Under the pieces are notes generated by a model. That model was not told the origin of the DNA, did not search any database, and worked only from the letters and a program-made list of their open reading frames with translations. From assembly GCA_019422485.1 (NCBI GenBank), contig JAHZDG010000003.1, positions 4,201-68,200 of the forward strand: DNA of 64,000 bases, in the 5' to 3' direction. This document shows, piece by piece, positions 8,253-18,775 of this stretch. A program made the position numbers and the translations under genes. The stretch is from Alistipes sp. (GTDB taxonomy: Bacteria > Bacteroidota > Bacteroidia > Bacteroidales > Rikenellaceae). Numbering within the stretch: the first letter of the stretch is position 1; each line of letters opens with the position of its first letter.

Positions 8253-10505
8253 ATGCTGTTCGACATTGAAATGATCCGAAACGTCTATTCGACCTTTGCC
8301 CAACGGGTCGATCGGGCGCGCCAAACCACCGGTACGCCGTTGACGTTGGCTGAAAAAATATTGTATGCACACTTGTACGACCCCTCATCGGTGCGTCGGT
8401 ATGTGCGGGGCGAAGATTATGTGAATTTCCGTCCCGACCGTGTGGCCATGCAGGATGCAACCGCTCAGATGGCGTTGTTGCAGTTTATGAATGCCGGTCG
8501 TGATCGGGCTGCCGTGCCTTCGTCGGTGCATTGCGATCACCTGATCCAAGCCAAAGCGGGCGCCGGAGAAGACCTCCCCGCAGCCGAAGTGACCAACCGG
8601 GAGGTGTATGATTTCCTGCGGAGTGTGGCCAATCGTTATGGACTGGGGTTCTGGCGTCCGGGTGCCGGGATTATCCATCAGGTGGTGTTGGAAAACTATG
8701 CATTCCCGGGCGGAATGATGATCGGTACCGATTCGCATACCCCCAATGCCGGAGGTCTCGGGATGGTGGCTATCGGGGTCGGCGGGGCCGATGCCGTGGA
8801 TGTGATGGCCGGGATGCCGTGGGAACTGAAGATGCCGCGTATCTTCGGGGTGCGTCTGACCGGACGGTTGAACGGTTGGGCTTCGCCTAAAGATGTGATT
8901 CTGAAATTGGCCGGTTTGCTGACCGTCAAAGGCGGTACGAATGCCATTGTCGAATACTTCGGAGAAGGTGCTGCATCGCTGTCGGCTACCGGTAAGGCGA
9001 CGATCTGTAATATGGGGGCTGAAATCGGAGCTACTACCTCGCTGTTTGCCTACGACGAGGCGATGGAACGCTATCTGCGGGCAACGGGTCGCGCCGAAGT
9101 GGCCGATCTGGCTGCCGGTTTGCGGGCCGATTTGCAGGCTGACCCCGAAGTGCAGGCCAATCCGGAAAAATATTACGATCGGGTGATCGATATCGATTTG
9201 AGTACCTTGGAACCCTATATCAACGGTCCTTTCTCGCCCGATGCGGCGCATCCGATTTCGGAATTTGCCGAATTCGTGCGGACGAACGGTATCCCGTCGA
9301 AAATGGAGGTCGGTCTGATCGGTTCCTGCACCAACTCGTCGTATCAGGATTTGGGGCGTGCCGCTTCGGTAGCCCGGCAGGCCAAAGCCAAAAAGCTGAA
9401 GGTAAATGCCCGCTTCCTGATCAATCCGGGTTCGGAACAGGTGCGTTACACTGCACAGCGCGATGGTATTCTGGATGACCTGCTGGGACTGGATGGGGTG
9501 ATTATGGCCAATGCCTGCGGTCCGTGTATCGGGCAGTGGGATCGTGGGGACAGCGACAAGACCCGCCCCAATTCGATTGTCACCTCGTTTAACCGCAACT
9601 TCGCCAAACGGGCCGACGGCAATCCTAATACGAATATTTTCGTGGCTTCTCCCGAATTGGTGACGGCTCTGACGATTGCCGGAGACCTGACTTTCAATCC
9701 TCTGAAAGACACGCTGCTCAACGAAGCCGGTGAACGGGTGATGTTGGATGAACCGCAGGGTGACGAGCTGCCCTCAGCCGGTTTTGCCGTGGAAAACAAC
9801 GGTTATATCGCTCCGGAAACGAACGGTTCGGCTCAGGAAGTGGTAATCGCACCCGATTCGCAGCGTTTGCAGCGTTTGAGTCCGTTTGCCGCTTGGGATG
9901 GTCACGATCTGACCGATATGCGTTTGTTGATTAAGACCAAAGGCAAATGTACTACCGACCATATTTCGATGGCGGGTCCTTGGTTGCGCTTCCGTGGGCA
10001 TCTGGAAAATATCTCCGACAACTTGTTGATGGGGGCTGTCAATGCCTTTAATGGGCAGACCAACAGCGTTCTCAATACGCTGACCGGGACTTATGAAGGG
10101 GTGTCGGCTGTCGCCAAACAATATAAGGCTCAAGGGATTCCGTCGATTGTTGTGGCTGAAGATAACTATGGGGAAGGTTCGTCACGTGAACATGCCGCGC
10201 TGGAACCCCGTTTCCTGAATGTGAAAGTGGTGCTGGCCAAATCGTTTGCCCGTATTCACGAAACCAATCTCAAAAAACAGGGGATGCTGGCATTGACCTT
10301 TGTCGATCCGGCGGATTACGACCGCATTCGGGAGGACGACCGGATCTCGATTTCGGGCTTGACGACCTTTGCTCCGGGTAAAAACCTGACGGCAACCGTA
10401 CGGCACAGTGATGGAACCGAAGAATCTTTCCCGGTGGCTCATACCTATAATGAGCAGCAGATCGGGTGGTTCAAAGCCGGTTCGGCCCTGAATGTCGTAG
10501 CCTGA
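8253..10505 (+). CDS. acnA: aconitate hydratase, mitochondrial-type
   Basis: Motifs [54 protein letters not shown] and [10 protein letters not shown]. Starting at ATG 8253 ([12 protein letters not shown]...) gives 750 aa, the usual size. The track start at 8151 adds 34 aa that look non-homologous. Confidence 0.9.
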   Translation: MLFDIEMIRNVYSTFAQRVDRARQTTGTPLTLAEKILYAHLYDPSSVRRYVRGEDYVNFRPDRVAMQDATAQMALLQFMNAGRDRAAVPSSVHCDHLIQAKAGAGEDLPAAEVTNREVYDFLRSVANRYGLGFWRPGAGIIHQVVLENYAFPGGMMIGTDSHTPNAGGLGMVAIGVGGADAVDVMAGMPWELKMPRIFGVRLTGRLNGWASPKDVILKLAGLLTVKGGTNAIVEYFGEGAASLSATGKATICNMGAEIGATTSLFAYDEAMERYLRATGRAEVADLAAGLRADLQADPEVQANPEKYYDRVIDIDLSTLEPYINGPFSPDAAHPISEFAEFVRTNGIPSKMEVGLIGSCTNSSYQDLGRAASVARQAKAKKLKVNARFLINPGSEQVRYTAQRDGILDDLLGLDGVIMANACGPCIGQWDRGDSDKTRPNSIVTSFNRNFAKRADGNPNTNIFVASPELVTALTIAGDLTFNPLKDTLLNEAGERVMLDEPQGDELPSAGFAVENNGYIAPETNGSAQEVVIAPDSQRLQRLSPFAAWDGHDLTDMRLLIKTKGKCTTDHISMAGPWLRFRGHLENISDNLLMGAVNAFNGQTNSVLNTLTGTYEGVSAVAKQYKAQGIPSIVVAEDNYGEGSSREHAALEPRFLNVKVVLAKSFARIHETNLKKQGMLALTFVDPADYDRIREDDRISISGLTTFAPGKNLTATVRHSDGTEESFPVAHTYNEQQIGWFKAGSALNVVA

Positions 10506-10561
10506 TGAGTCAGCGAGCTGGTTTTCGCTCGAGATAAAGAAGCCTCTGGCCTTCGTTTTAT

Positions 10562-10597
10562 AAAAAAGCCGTTCCTCACGAGGAACGGCTTTTTTAT
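10562..10597 (+). terminator. intrinsic terminator after aconitase
   Basis: aaaagccgttcct / aggaacggctttt form a 13-bp stem with a cacg loop, followed by a T-run. Confidence 0.85.
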
Positions 10598-10800
10598 TTT
10601 GTGGCTGAAGTACGTTGGGGCTTTTCGTAATAAGAGAAAACGGGCAGGGCGTCTGCAAGAAAAGAACACTGTCAAAATGACAGGTGGGTGGATGGCCGAA
10701 ACCCCGTGATGAGGCTCCGGACCATGAGTCGTTTGTCTGCTCGTTCTGAATCCGGATTTGTCTGGGGTAGTCTGAATCGCCCGTCTCCATGCTGTTCGGG

Positions 10801-10850
10801 GCCGGAAAACAAACCGTCCGCGAAATCCGTTGGACGGATCGCGGACGGTT
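10801..10850 (-). terminator. intrinsic terminator after rubredoxin (minus strand)
   Basis: A 12-bp outer stem (aaccgtccgcga / tcgcggacggtt) encloses an inner tccgt/acgga stem. On the minus strand it is followed by tgttttcc. Confidence 0.75.
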
Positions 10851-10869
10851 ATGGGTTTCGATTCGAGGT

Positions 10870-11028
10870 TTAGATGGCTTCGAATACTTCTTTACCTTCC
10901 TGGCAAAGAGGGCATACCCAATCTTCGGGCAGGTCTTCGAACGCCGTGCCGGGAGCAATGCCGTTATCGGGATCGCCTACTTCAGGATCGTATACATACC
11001 CGCATACTTCGCATTTGTACTTTTTCAT
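10870..11028 (-). CDS. rub: rubredoxin
   Basis: Hand translation of the minus strand gives [52 protein letters not shown], with both CxxC pairs and the conserved DWVCP segment. At 52 aa it is missing from the supplied ORF track. Confidence 0.92.
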   Translation of the reverse strand: MKKYKCEVCGYVYDPEVGDPDNGIAPGTAFEDLPEDWVCPLCQEGKEVFEAI

Positions 11029-11137
11029 AGTTGTCGTATCGTTTAGTGGATATTCACATATGACGATTCCCTCGTCATCAGGGGTTCATAGAACAAAAAA
11101 CGGGCCACGCCGGATGTGTCTGTCAAATGTCAGCCGC

Positions 11138-12490
11138 TTACCCGAGGGTGATTCCGGTATAGGTCTGGGGTGACAGACGGCGCAGTTCTTCTTTCACGCT
11201 TTCGGCTACGTCCAACCCTTCGATGAAGGCGGAAATGTCCGCTTTGGTGATCGTTTTGTTGGTACGGGTGAGTGCCTTGAGCGCTTCGTACGGATTGGGG
11301 TACTCTTCGCGGCGCAGGATCGTTTGAATCCCTTCAGCTACGACCGCCCAGTTGTTTTCCAGGTCTTCATTGATCTTGTCCAGGTTGATGATCAACTTGT
11401 TCAACCCTTTGATGATCGATTTGAAGGCCACTACCGTATGTGCGACCGGAACCCCTACGTTACGCAGTACCGTAGAGTCGGTCAGGTCGCGCTGCAGACG
11501 CGAGATCGGCAGCTTGCCCGACAGGTGGGTGAAGATGGCGTTGGCGATCCCCAGGTTCCCTTCGGCATTTTCGAAGTCGATGGGGTTCACTTTGTGCGGC
11601 ATGGCCGACGAACCTACTTCTCCGGCTTTGATGCGCTGTTTGAAATACTCCATCGACACATAGGTCCAGATGTCGCGGCACAGGTCGATCAGGATGGTGT
11701 TGATGCGTTTGAAACAGTCGAAAATAGCAGCGATGTTATCGTAGTGTTCGATCTGGGTGGTAATTTGTGAGCGTTCCAGGCCCAGCACGTCATTGACGAA
11801 GTGGTTGGCGAAAGCCACCCAGTCTACATTGGGGTAGGCGGCTTTGTGGGCGTTGAAGTTCCCGGTGGCACCCCCGAATTTGGCCGGCGAAGGAATGGCC
11901 TTCAGTTGCGTGATCTGTTTCGTGAGGCGTTCAACGAAGACCATTATCTCTTTGCCCAGTTTGGTGGGAGAGGCGGGCTGACCGTGCGTACGGGCCAGCA
12001 AAGGAATTTCGGCCCACTCTTTGGCCATGGATTTCAGCTGGGCAACCAGTTGTTCCAACAGCGGATAATATACGTCGTTGGCGGCGTCACGCAGGCTGTA
12101 CGGTACGGCCGTATGGGTAATGTCCTGAGAGGTCAGACCGAAGTGAACGAACGCTTTGTGGGCTGTCAGACCCAGCGATTCCATCTTCTCTTTGACGAGG
12201 TATTCCACGGCTTTGACATCGTGGTTGGTGGTCCGTTCGATCTCTTTAACACGCAGGGCATCGGCTTCGCTGAATTCGCGATAGATGTCACGCAGGGATT
12301 CGAACTTCGCCTTGTCCACGTCGGCGAGTTGAGGCAGCGGCAGTTCGCACAGGGCGATAAAATATTCGATTTCTACCAGAACACGGTAGCGGATCAAAGC
12401 AGATTCGGAAAAATAGTCCGCCAATACTTCGCAGGCGCCGCGGTAGCGTCCGTCGATAGGGGAAATGGCGGTCAGGGTGTTCAGTTCCAT
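11138..12490 (-). CDS. purB: adenylosuccinate lyase
   Basis: N-terminus LTAISPIDGRYRG and the fumarate-lyase signature GSSAMPHKVNPIDFEN; 450 aa. Confidence 0.92.
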   Translation of the reverse strand: MELNTLTAISPIDGRYRGACEVLADYFSESALIRYRVLVEIEYFIALCELPLPQLADVDKAKFESLRDIYREFSEADALRVKEIERTTNHDVKAVEYLVKEKMESLGLTAHKAFVHFGLTSQDITHTAVPYSLRDAANDVYYPLLEQLVAQLKSMAKEWAEIPLLARTHGQPASPTKLGKEIMVFVERLTKQITQLKAIPSPAKFGGATGNFNAHKAAYPNVDWVAFANHFVNDVLGLERSQITTQIEHYDNIAAIFDCFKRINTILIDLCRDIWTYVSMEYFKQRIKAGEVGSSAMPHKVNPIDFENAEGNLGIANAIFTHLSGKLPISRLQRDLTDSTVLRNVGVPVAHTVVAFKSIIKGLNKLIINLDKINEDLENNWAVVAEGIQTILRREEYPNPYEALKALTRTNKTITKADISAFIEGLDVAESVKEELRRLSPQTYTGITLG

Positions 12491-12512
12491 ATCGTTTGAA
12501 GGTTTTAAAATA

Positions 12513-12520
12513 CAAAGATA
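12513..12520 (-). promoter_or_regulatory. TAnnTTTG -7 box for purB (minus strand)
   Basis: Reads TATCTTTG on the minus strand, 23 nt upstream of the purB ATG. Confidence 0.6.
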
Positions 12521-12564
12521 GTCGTATTCCCGGGGAATGCAAACCGTAGTTGCCCTTCAGGGGT

Positions 12565-12606
12565 AGAAAATTTCCGTCTTTCCCGGGGCGATGGGAAAGA
12601 CGGAAA
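12565..12606 (-). terminator. intrinsic terminator after the GH78-like gene (minus strand)
   Basis: tttccgtctttccc / gggaaagacggaaa form a 14-bp stem, followed on the minus strand by ttttct. Confidence 0.8.
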
Positions 12607-12631
12607 GAGTATAAGGTTAAAGAGGCTATTC

Positions 12632-15052
12632 TCAGAGCCGAATGGAGTTCACGCCGCTGTGCAGGGACAGGGTCTGTCCGCCCCAGATGAAGTCGCCCTG
12701 CAGGCCTTCGGGCAGCACGACCTCTCCGGAGAGACGGTTCCGGTCGGCTTTCAGGGTGACGCTGATTTCTCCCAGCGGATGAGGCATCCGACCTTCGATC
12801 CGTTTCAGGTGGCCGGGATGGGGTGCAATGCGGACTTTCGAGAAGCCGGGCGCTGCCGATTCGATGCCGCAAATTGTGGCCAGAAATTCATAGTTGGGAC
12901 TCGAACTCCAGGCGTGGCAGTCGGAACGGCTCGGTTCGGGTTTTTCGGCGAAGGTCGTCAGCCCCAGGTCGAGCATCTGTTTCCAGGGACCCAACATGCG
13001 GGAATAACGGTCGCCTAATCCGGCTTTTTTGAGGGCTCGGGTCAGATAAAAACGATAGTAGAAAGTCGCCTGAGCCAGGCTGGTGTCGCTGTCCAGCCGT
13101 TCGAATACCGTCTTTTGATCGGCCGTGGGAATGGCGTCGGTGAGAATACCCATGATGTTGGCGTGCTGACTGAAGGTTGGACTGCCGATGTAGTCGTGCA
13201 GCAGACCGCGTTTGGCATCCCAACACTGCCGGTAGGTGTTTTCTTGCAGGGCCTGACGCAGCGAGTCATAGTGGTCGGCTTCGAAGCTTCGTCCGAAATG
13301 ACGCATCAGTTCGGCGGCATCGCGCAAGGCATCGGCCAGGTGCAGGGTGACGATCGACGAACCGTACTGTTCGCTTTCGGGTGGCGTGCCGGGACCCGGG
13401 GTCTGAGGCGGATTCCAGGCCGGTACCCAGTCTACGAAATTCCAGTGCGGAACCCGGCTGCGGACCATGCCGGTCGCGGGGTCGATCATCCCTTCGTACC
13501 AGTTCAGAATGGTGACGATACCGGGAATCATACTCCGCAGGAATGCCTCGTCGTCGCGATACATCCAGTAGTCGTGGAGGGTGTTGATCCAGTAGAGCGA
13601 GAACGGAGGAATGAATTGAGGGTTCATGCCCGGATAGTGGCAGGCGGTGAAGCCTTCCGAGGTACGGGAGCGGTCGAAAGCCCGGATGGCCTGCCGCATC
13701 AGCCGGTCATCGCCCGAAACATAGAGCGAGATCAGGGCCTGAATACGGGTATCCCCCACATATTGCAGCTGTTCGTAATAGGGACAGTCGAAGTAGGTTT
13801 CGACGGCACAGAGGCGGGCGGTACGCCAACCGACATCCCAGATGCGATCGAGCAGCGGGTCGTCCGATGCAAAGGAACCCACTTCCCGGAAGGGGTAGCC
13901 CGTAAACATCCCGTAAAGGTCTTCGATCACCAGCGGTTGGTCGGCCGTAGTGATCTCCAGCTGCAGGTAGCGGAACGTGCGGAACCACAGCGTGCGGTAG
14001 AGACGATGATCAGCTCCGTCGGGGTAGATCAGGTCGTAGTTTTTGCTGGTCCCGTTCTTGATGTTCCGGTTTTCGATGTCGTTGCGGTTTCCTTTTTGGT
14101 GGTGTTGGTCGAACAGGGCTTCGGCAAAACTCATCCGGATGCAGGCGCCTTTCCCTCCGCTGATGAGCAGCTCCGGATAGGCGTTGGTCAGGAAGGTCTG
14201 GTCGAGCAGGATCGAGCAAGTGGTGCGGGCCGGGATGGTCAACGGATCGTTGCCGTCGATAAAGCGGGTCAGGGTCGGGAGGCCTTCGCTCCGGCGGATC
14301 TGAGGAATGCGTTGCAGGGTCTCTTCCATGAGCGGAATCTCACGCGGAACCAATCCCCAATCGTAGCCACCGTACAGCGAGGTGCCATAGGGCGTGCCGG
14401 GACGTCCGATCACGGCGGGATCCCAGTCCGAATCGTCATAGTCGGGCTGTTCCCAACCCCATAGGTATTTTTCGCCTCGGATGGAGTCTCCGGTGCCTAT
14501 AAAACTGGTGTAAAGCGGGCCGAAAGCTTGGTCACGGCGGGCCAACCAGCCGGCGTCTCGGGTCGTGGAGACGATCGCTTCGGTCGGGCCGTTGCCTTGG
14601 ACGATCAGTCCGGTTTGGTTGGAGAGTTGGGCGCAGGGGCGATAGATCCCCAGGTTCCAAACCAATACAGCCAGGGTGTTTTTCCCGGTGCGCAGGAAGG
14701 GGGCGATATCCAGGGTTTCGTAATTCCAGGCCAACCGGTCACCGCGGGCAGGCCCCCAACAAACCGGGGTGCCGTTGACAAAGAGTCGGTAGCGGTTGTC
14801 GGCCGAGATATTGATGACAAAAGTGTTGGGCACTTTCTGTAGGTTGAAGTTTCGGCGGAAATGGTATACCCCGTAATCATAAGGGGAGGTATTCGTCGAC
14901 GATATCCAGAAAGAGTCCCACGTTTGCGTGAGTACTTTTTCGGAAGGAGCGGCAGCTTTGACGGCGGGAGCAGTCGGTTGGGCAGAGGTCGGCATCGACA
15001 GACCGACCGACAGCGCCCACAGACCGACGGCCATAAGATGAGTGATACGCAT
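12632..15052 (-). CDS. secreted glycoside hydrolase, alpha-L-rhamnosidase-like (GH78-type six-hairpin)
   Basis: Signal peptide MRITHLMAVGLWALSVGLSMPTSAQ. The N-terminal YHFRRNFNL...ISADNRYRLFVNGTPV...GKNTLAVLVWNLG resembles the rhamnosidase N-domain. The catalytic-domain motif is YFDCPYYEQLQYVGDTRIQAL. Confidence 0.6.
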   Translation of the reverse strand: MRITHLMAVGLWALSVGLSMPTSAQPTAPAVKAAAPSEKVLTQTWDSFWISSTNTSPYDYGVYHFRRNFNLQKVPNTFVINISADNRYRLFVNGTPVCWGPARGDRLAWNYETLDIAPFLRTGKNTLAVLVWNLGIYRPCAQLSNQTGLIVQGNGPTEAIVSTTRDAGWLARRDQAFGPLYTSFIGTGDSIRGEKYLWGWEQPDYDDSDWDPAVIGRPGTPYGTSLYGGYDWGLVPREIPLMEETLQRIPQIRRSEGLPTLTRFIDGNDPLTIPARTTCSILLDQTFLTNAYPELLISGGKGACIRMSFAEALFDQHHQKGNRNDIENRNIKNGTSKNYDLIYPDGADHRLYRTLWFRTFRYLQLEITTADQPLVIEDLYGMFTGYPFREVGSFASDDPLLDRIWDVGWRTARLCAVETYFDCPYYEQLQYVGDTRIQALISLYVSGDDRLMRQAIRAFDRSRTSEGFTACHYPGMNPQFIPPFSLYWINTLHDYWMYRDDEAFLRSMIPGIVTILNWYEGMIDPATGMVRSRVPHWNFVDWVPAWNPPQTPGPGTPPESEQYGSSIVTLHLADALRDAAELMRHFGRSFEADHYDSLRQALQENTYRQCWDAKRGLLHDYIGSPTFSQHANIMGILTDAIPTADQKTVFERLDSDTSLAQATFYYRFYLTRALKKAGLGDRYSRMLGPWKQMLDLGLTTFAEKPEPSRSDCHAWSSSPNYEFLATICGIESAAPGFSKVRIAPHPGHLKRIEGRMPHPLGEISVTLKADRNRLSGEVVLPEGLQGDFIWGGQTLSLHSGVNSIRL

Positions 15053-15074
15053 GGATCAGAAAATTAGGTTCCTT

Positions 15075-15082
15075 CAAAGGTA
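15075..15082 (-). promoter_or_regulatory. TAnnTTTG -7 box for the GH78-like gene (minus strand)
   Basis: Reads TACCTTTG on the minus strand, 23 nt upstream of the ATG at 15052. Confidence 0.55.
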
Positions 15083-15174
15083 ACAAAATTTTGAAGGGGA
15101 TCCAATAGCTTCGGAACGAGGGTAACGGAACAAACAGTGGCAGGCGAAAGTCGCCGGTTTTGGGAACGGGGCTG

Positions 15175-16599
15175 TTATGGACGCCGGAGATAAGCGGCAA
15201 AACGTCGGAATGCGTTCTCCAGGGTGAGATTGAGGGCCGGGGAGAGTTTCAGCAGATAGATCGGGAGTCCGAACAGGGCCGATAACAGCACTGTGCGGAT
15301 CGGGGCATCCAGCCACCAGCCTCCCATCTGAGGGATGACGGCGGAGATCAGGGCTCCGGCCAGGGTCAGTCCCAGAACGCAGAGATCACCCCGTCCGAAA
15401 GGTTGCAGACGGAAGAACTTCCACACGAACAGAATGCGCAGCAGGTTGTAGACGATGACCGTGATCATGGTGGCCAGGGCGGCGCCGTTCATGCCCAGAT
15501 GGGGGATCAGCAGGGCGTTGGTGCCGACGGTCATAAATACCAGCAGGATGGAGAACGAAAAGTCGTAGCGGTATCGTTTGGAGGTGATCAGAATCACGCC
15601 GGTCAGTCCGGAGTACATTTCGAAAATACGCCCCAATCCCAGGAACAGGAATACATAGCGACCAGCGGCATAGGAATCGGGCATCAGACTGAAAATGTTG
15701 TCGAGGTTGATCCAGATGGCCAGAAAAATGTAGCAGCCGATGATGAGATTCATTTGCGATACTTCGCGGTGCATCTCTTGCATGCGGGTCATGGCCCGTT
15801 CTTTCCACAGGTTGGCAACGATGGGGGTCGATACCTTGATGACCGAACGGTTGGGGATCATCATGGCGCTGACCATATACATCATGACGGCGTAAATCCC
15901 TCCCTGGACCAGACCCTGAATGCCTGCCAGCATGGTTTGGTCGATCACGTTGGTGATATAGACCGAAGCGCCGCCGAGGTACTGCCATAGCCCATAAGTG
16001 CCGGCGATGGCAACCAACGTTCGGGTGCGCGAGGTGAAGGCCGGTCGCAGACTGATTTGTCGGAGCCAGGCGGTATAGATCAGTAGAATGATCGTGGGAA
16101 CGAAGTAGATGAGGACATAGATGACGATAAACTGCTCGAAGTCGATCAGTCCGAAGGCATAGAGGGAGATTTCGAGGGTCATCAGCAGCCTCAGCAGAAC
16201 GTCGTAGACGGCGGTGGAGATGACGGTTTTGAAAAATGCTTGCAGCCAGCTGCTGAAGAAGTTGTAGAACAGGGTGGTGAGCCCCAGAGGAATCAGCAGC
16301 AGGTAGTATTCCGATAGCAGCGGAGACTCTTTGGCAAAGTAGCGCATGACCGGCTCCTTGAACCACAGAAAGAGCAGGGTGAAGAGCACGAATCCGATGC
16401 TGATACCCAGCGCCGACCAGAAAAACAGACCGTTATGACGACGGTCGGGGGTGCGGAAAAACGGGAAGAACTTGACAACCGTGGAGTTGATACCCAGCGC
16501 CGACAGTTGGGCATAGATCATCGCCAGGGAGACCAGAATGCTGGTCAAACCCACCTGTTCTTCGCTCAGAAAGTTGGGGAACAGGAGAATTTTGTTCAC
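15175..16599 (-). CDS. oligosaccharide/polysaccharide flippase (Wzx-like, MOP superfamily); start uncertain
   Basis: A 474-aa polytopic membrane protein with NKILLFPNFLSEEQVGL...VVKFFPFF, typical of this family. The only start candidate is GTG 16599. The family-like sequence continues in frame upstream without any start codon (see findings). Confidence 0.7.
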   Translation of the reverse strand: MNKILLFPNFLSEEQVGLTSILVSLAMIYAQLSALGINSTVVKFFPFFRTPDRRHNGLFFWSALGISIGFVLFTLLFLWFKEPVMRYFAKESPLLSEYYLLLIPLGLTTLFYNFFSSWLQAFFKTVISTAVYDVLLRLLMTLEISLYAFGLIDFEQFIVIYVLIYFVPTIILLIYTAWLRQISLRPAFTSRTRTLVAIAGTYGLWQYLGGASVYITNVIDQTMLAGIQGLVQGGIYAVMMYMVSAMMIPNRSVIKVSTPIVANLWKERAMTRMQEMHREVSQMNLIIGCYIFLAIWINLDNIFSLMPDSYAAGRYVFLFLGLGRIFEMYSGLTGVILITSKRYRYDFSFSILLVFMTVGTNALLIPHLGMNGAALATMITVIVYNLLRILFVWKFFRLQPFGRGDLCVLGLTLAGALISAVIPQMGGWWLDAPIRTVLLSALFGLPIYLLKLSPALNLTLENAFRRFAAYLRRP

Positions 16600-16783
16600 A
16601 TAGCCGATGGCCGCTCCGGCATAGGAGAGGATGGTGATCGATATGCTGTTCGCCTCAAAAACGGTTTCGGGGTTTTACTGGAAATATCCCCGGGAGTTTG
16701 AAAAGGGTTGAGGAGCGGGATCGGACCTGCTTGTAAAGGGGATGCACAGGCGGCCTTGGGGTCCCGATCCATCGGAAATCGGA

Positions 16784-16822
16784 TGAAACGACCTGGCCTC
16801 AGGAAAAGGACAGGTCGTTTCA
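16784..16822 (-). terminator. hairpin after argS (minus strand)
   Basis: tgaaacgacctg / caggtcgtttca form a 12-bp stem with a 15-nt loop, followed on the minus strand by tccgatttcc. Confidence 0.5.
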
Positions 16823-16929
16823 GAAAGTTTCCGGGCTTCGATGGGAGACAGGTCTGGAAGATTCGCGTTCCCGAACCACCGGGGCAGCACCGTATCTTCA
16901 GGGTGACTTCTCCAGGGAAGCCTTGTGTG

Positions 16930-18711
16930 TTACATACGTTCGGGTACCCCGATGCCCAGCAGGGCCATCCCCGAGGCGATGATGCGGGCTACCGTGGCCG
17001 AAAGAGCCAGGCGCAGGGACTGTTTGGCCGGATCGCTTTCGCGCATGATCGGGAAGTCGTGGTAGTAACCGTTGTATCCTTTGGCCAGTTCATACACATA
17101 GTTGGCGATCAGAGCCGGCGAGAAATTGGAGGCGGCAGCTTTCACCGTAGCCGGATATTCGGTCAGCATCTGGATGAGGGCCGTTTCTTCGGGCACCAAC
17201 AGCGACCCGTCGATCTGGGTGGCCGGTACGATACCCGCTTCGGCGGCTTTGCGCAGTACCGATTTGATACGGGCGTGGGTATATTGGATGAAGGGGCCGG
17301 TGTTGCCGTTGAAGTCGATGGATTCTTTGGGGTCGAAGAGCATGGTCTTGCGCGGGTCGACCTTCAGAATGAAGTATTTGAGGGCACCCAAACCGACCAT
17401 GTGGCAGATGTCGTGGATCTCTTCCTGGCTCAGACCGTCCAGTTTGCCCAGCTCCTGCGACATCTCGCGGGCGGTTTCCACCATCGCTTCGATCAGGTCA
17501 TCGGCATCGACCACCGTACCTTCACGTGATTTCATCTTGCCTTCGGGCAGTTCCACCATCCCGTATGACAGGTGGGTGATGTGGTCGGCCCATTCGTAAC
17601 CCAGCTTGCCGAGAATGAGTTTCAGCACCTGGAAGTGGTAGTTCTGTTCGTTACCCACCACGTAGATCATGTCGTCGAGGTTTTCCTCCTTGAAGCGGGT
17701 GTAGGCCGTTCCCAGGTCCTGAGTCATATAGACCGAGGTGCCGTCACCGCGCAGCAACAGCTTCTGGTCGAGGCCGTCGGCCGTCAGGTCGATCCACACC
17801 GAACCGTCCTCCTTGCGGAAGAAGATCCCTTTATCGAGCCCTTCCTGCACGATGGATTTTCCCAGCAGGTAGGTTTGCGATTCGTAGTACACTTTGTCGA
17901 AGCTGACGCCCATTTCGCGATAGGTCTTGTCGAAACCTTCGTACACCCAGCCATTCATGGTCTGCCACAACTGGTAGATTTCGGGGTCTTTGGCTTCCCA
18001 TTTGCGCAACATTTCCTGCGCCTGTTTCATGATCGGAGCCTCTTTCTTGGCGGTATCTTCGTCCATACCCTGTGCCATCAGCTCCTTGATCTGTTCTTTA
18101 TAGGCTTTGTCGAAGGCTACGTAATATTTTCCTACCAGGTGGTCGCCCTTCATGCCCGACGAAGCCGGCGTTTCACCGTTGCCGAAGAGCTGCCAGGCCA
18201 ACATCGACTTGCAGATGTGAATCCCCCGGTCGTTCACCAGATTGACCTTCATGACCCGATTGCCGTCGGCTTCCAGAATGCGGGAAACCGAATACCCCAA
18301 CAGGTTGTTGCGGATGTGTCCCAGGTGGAGGGGTTTGTTGGTGTTGGGCGAGGAGTATTCCACCATGATGTGGCGTCCGGTAGAGGTTCCTTGACCGAAG
18401 GTCGGGTTGGCGAGGATGTCCGATAACTGCTGGCCCCAGAAGGCCCCGCTCAGCGAAAGGTTCAGAAAGCCTTTGATGACGTTGAAGCCGGAGATTTCGG
18501 GCGTAGAGGCCACCAGTGCCTGGCCGATTTCTTCCGCGGTCTGTTCCGGTTTCTTGCGGCTGGCGCGAAGCAGCGGAAAGACCACCAGCGTCATGTCGCC
18601 TTCGAATTCTTTGCGGGTTTTTTGCAGTTGAATGGCCTCGGGAGCCACTTCGCCATATAGAGAGGTGACGGTTGCCGTCACCTTGTCGAGCAGGAATTTT
18701 TCGATGTCCAT
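16930..18711 (-). CDS. argS: arginine--tRNA ligase
   Basis: HIGH-type motif SPNTNKPLHLGHIRNN, KMSKS-type motif GKMKSREGT, and the anticodon-binding C-terminus. ATG 18711 (MDIEKFLLDKV...) is chosen; the 52 aa upstream in the track overlap the dusB promoter region. Confidence 0.92.
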   Translation of the reverse strand: MDIEKFLLDKVTATVTSLYGEVAPEAIQLQKTRKEFEGDMTLVVFPLLRASRKKPEQTAEEIGQALVASTPEISGFNVIKGFLNLSLSGAFWGQQLSDILANPTFGQGTSTGRHIMVEYSSPNTNKPLHLGHIRNNLLGYSVSRILEADGNRVMKVNLVNDRGIHICKSMLAWQLFGNGETPASSGMKGDHLVGKYYVAFDKAYKEQIKELMAQGMDEDTAKKEAPIMKQAQEMLRKWEAKDPEIYQLWQTMNGWVYEGFDKTYREMGVSFDKVYYESQTYLLGKSIVQEGLDKGIFFRKEDGSVWIDLTADGLDQKLLLRGDGTSVYMTQDLGTAYTRFKEENLDDMIYVVGNEQNYHFQVLKLILGKLGYEWADHITHLSYGMVELPEGKMKSREGTVVDADDLIEAMVETAREMSQELGKLDGLSQEEIHDICHMVGLGALKYFILKVDPRKTMLFDPKESIDFNGNTGPFIQYTHARIKSVLRKAAEAGIVPATQIDGSLLVPEETALIQMLTEYPATVKAAASNFSPALIANYVYELAKGYNGYYHDFPIMRESDPAKQSLRLALSATVARIIASGMALLGIGVPERM

Positions 18712-18747
18712 GGGTATAATGCTTGCAATTTTGTCGGTAAAGATAGC

Positions 18748-18755
18748 TATTTTTG
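18748..18755 (+). promoter_or_regulatory. TAnnTTTG -7 box for dusB in the 64-nt argS/dusB divergent spacer
   Basis: TATTTTTG lies 20 nt upstream of GTG 18776. Confidence 0.55.
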
Positions 18756-18775
18756 TGCGGAAAATCCCAATAAAC

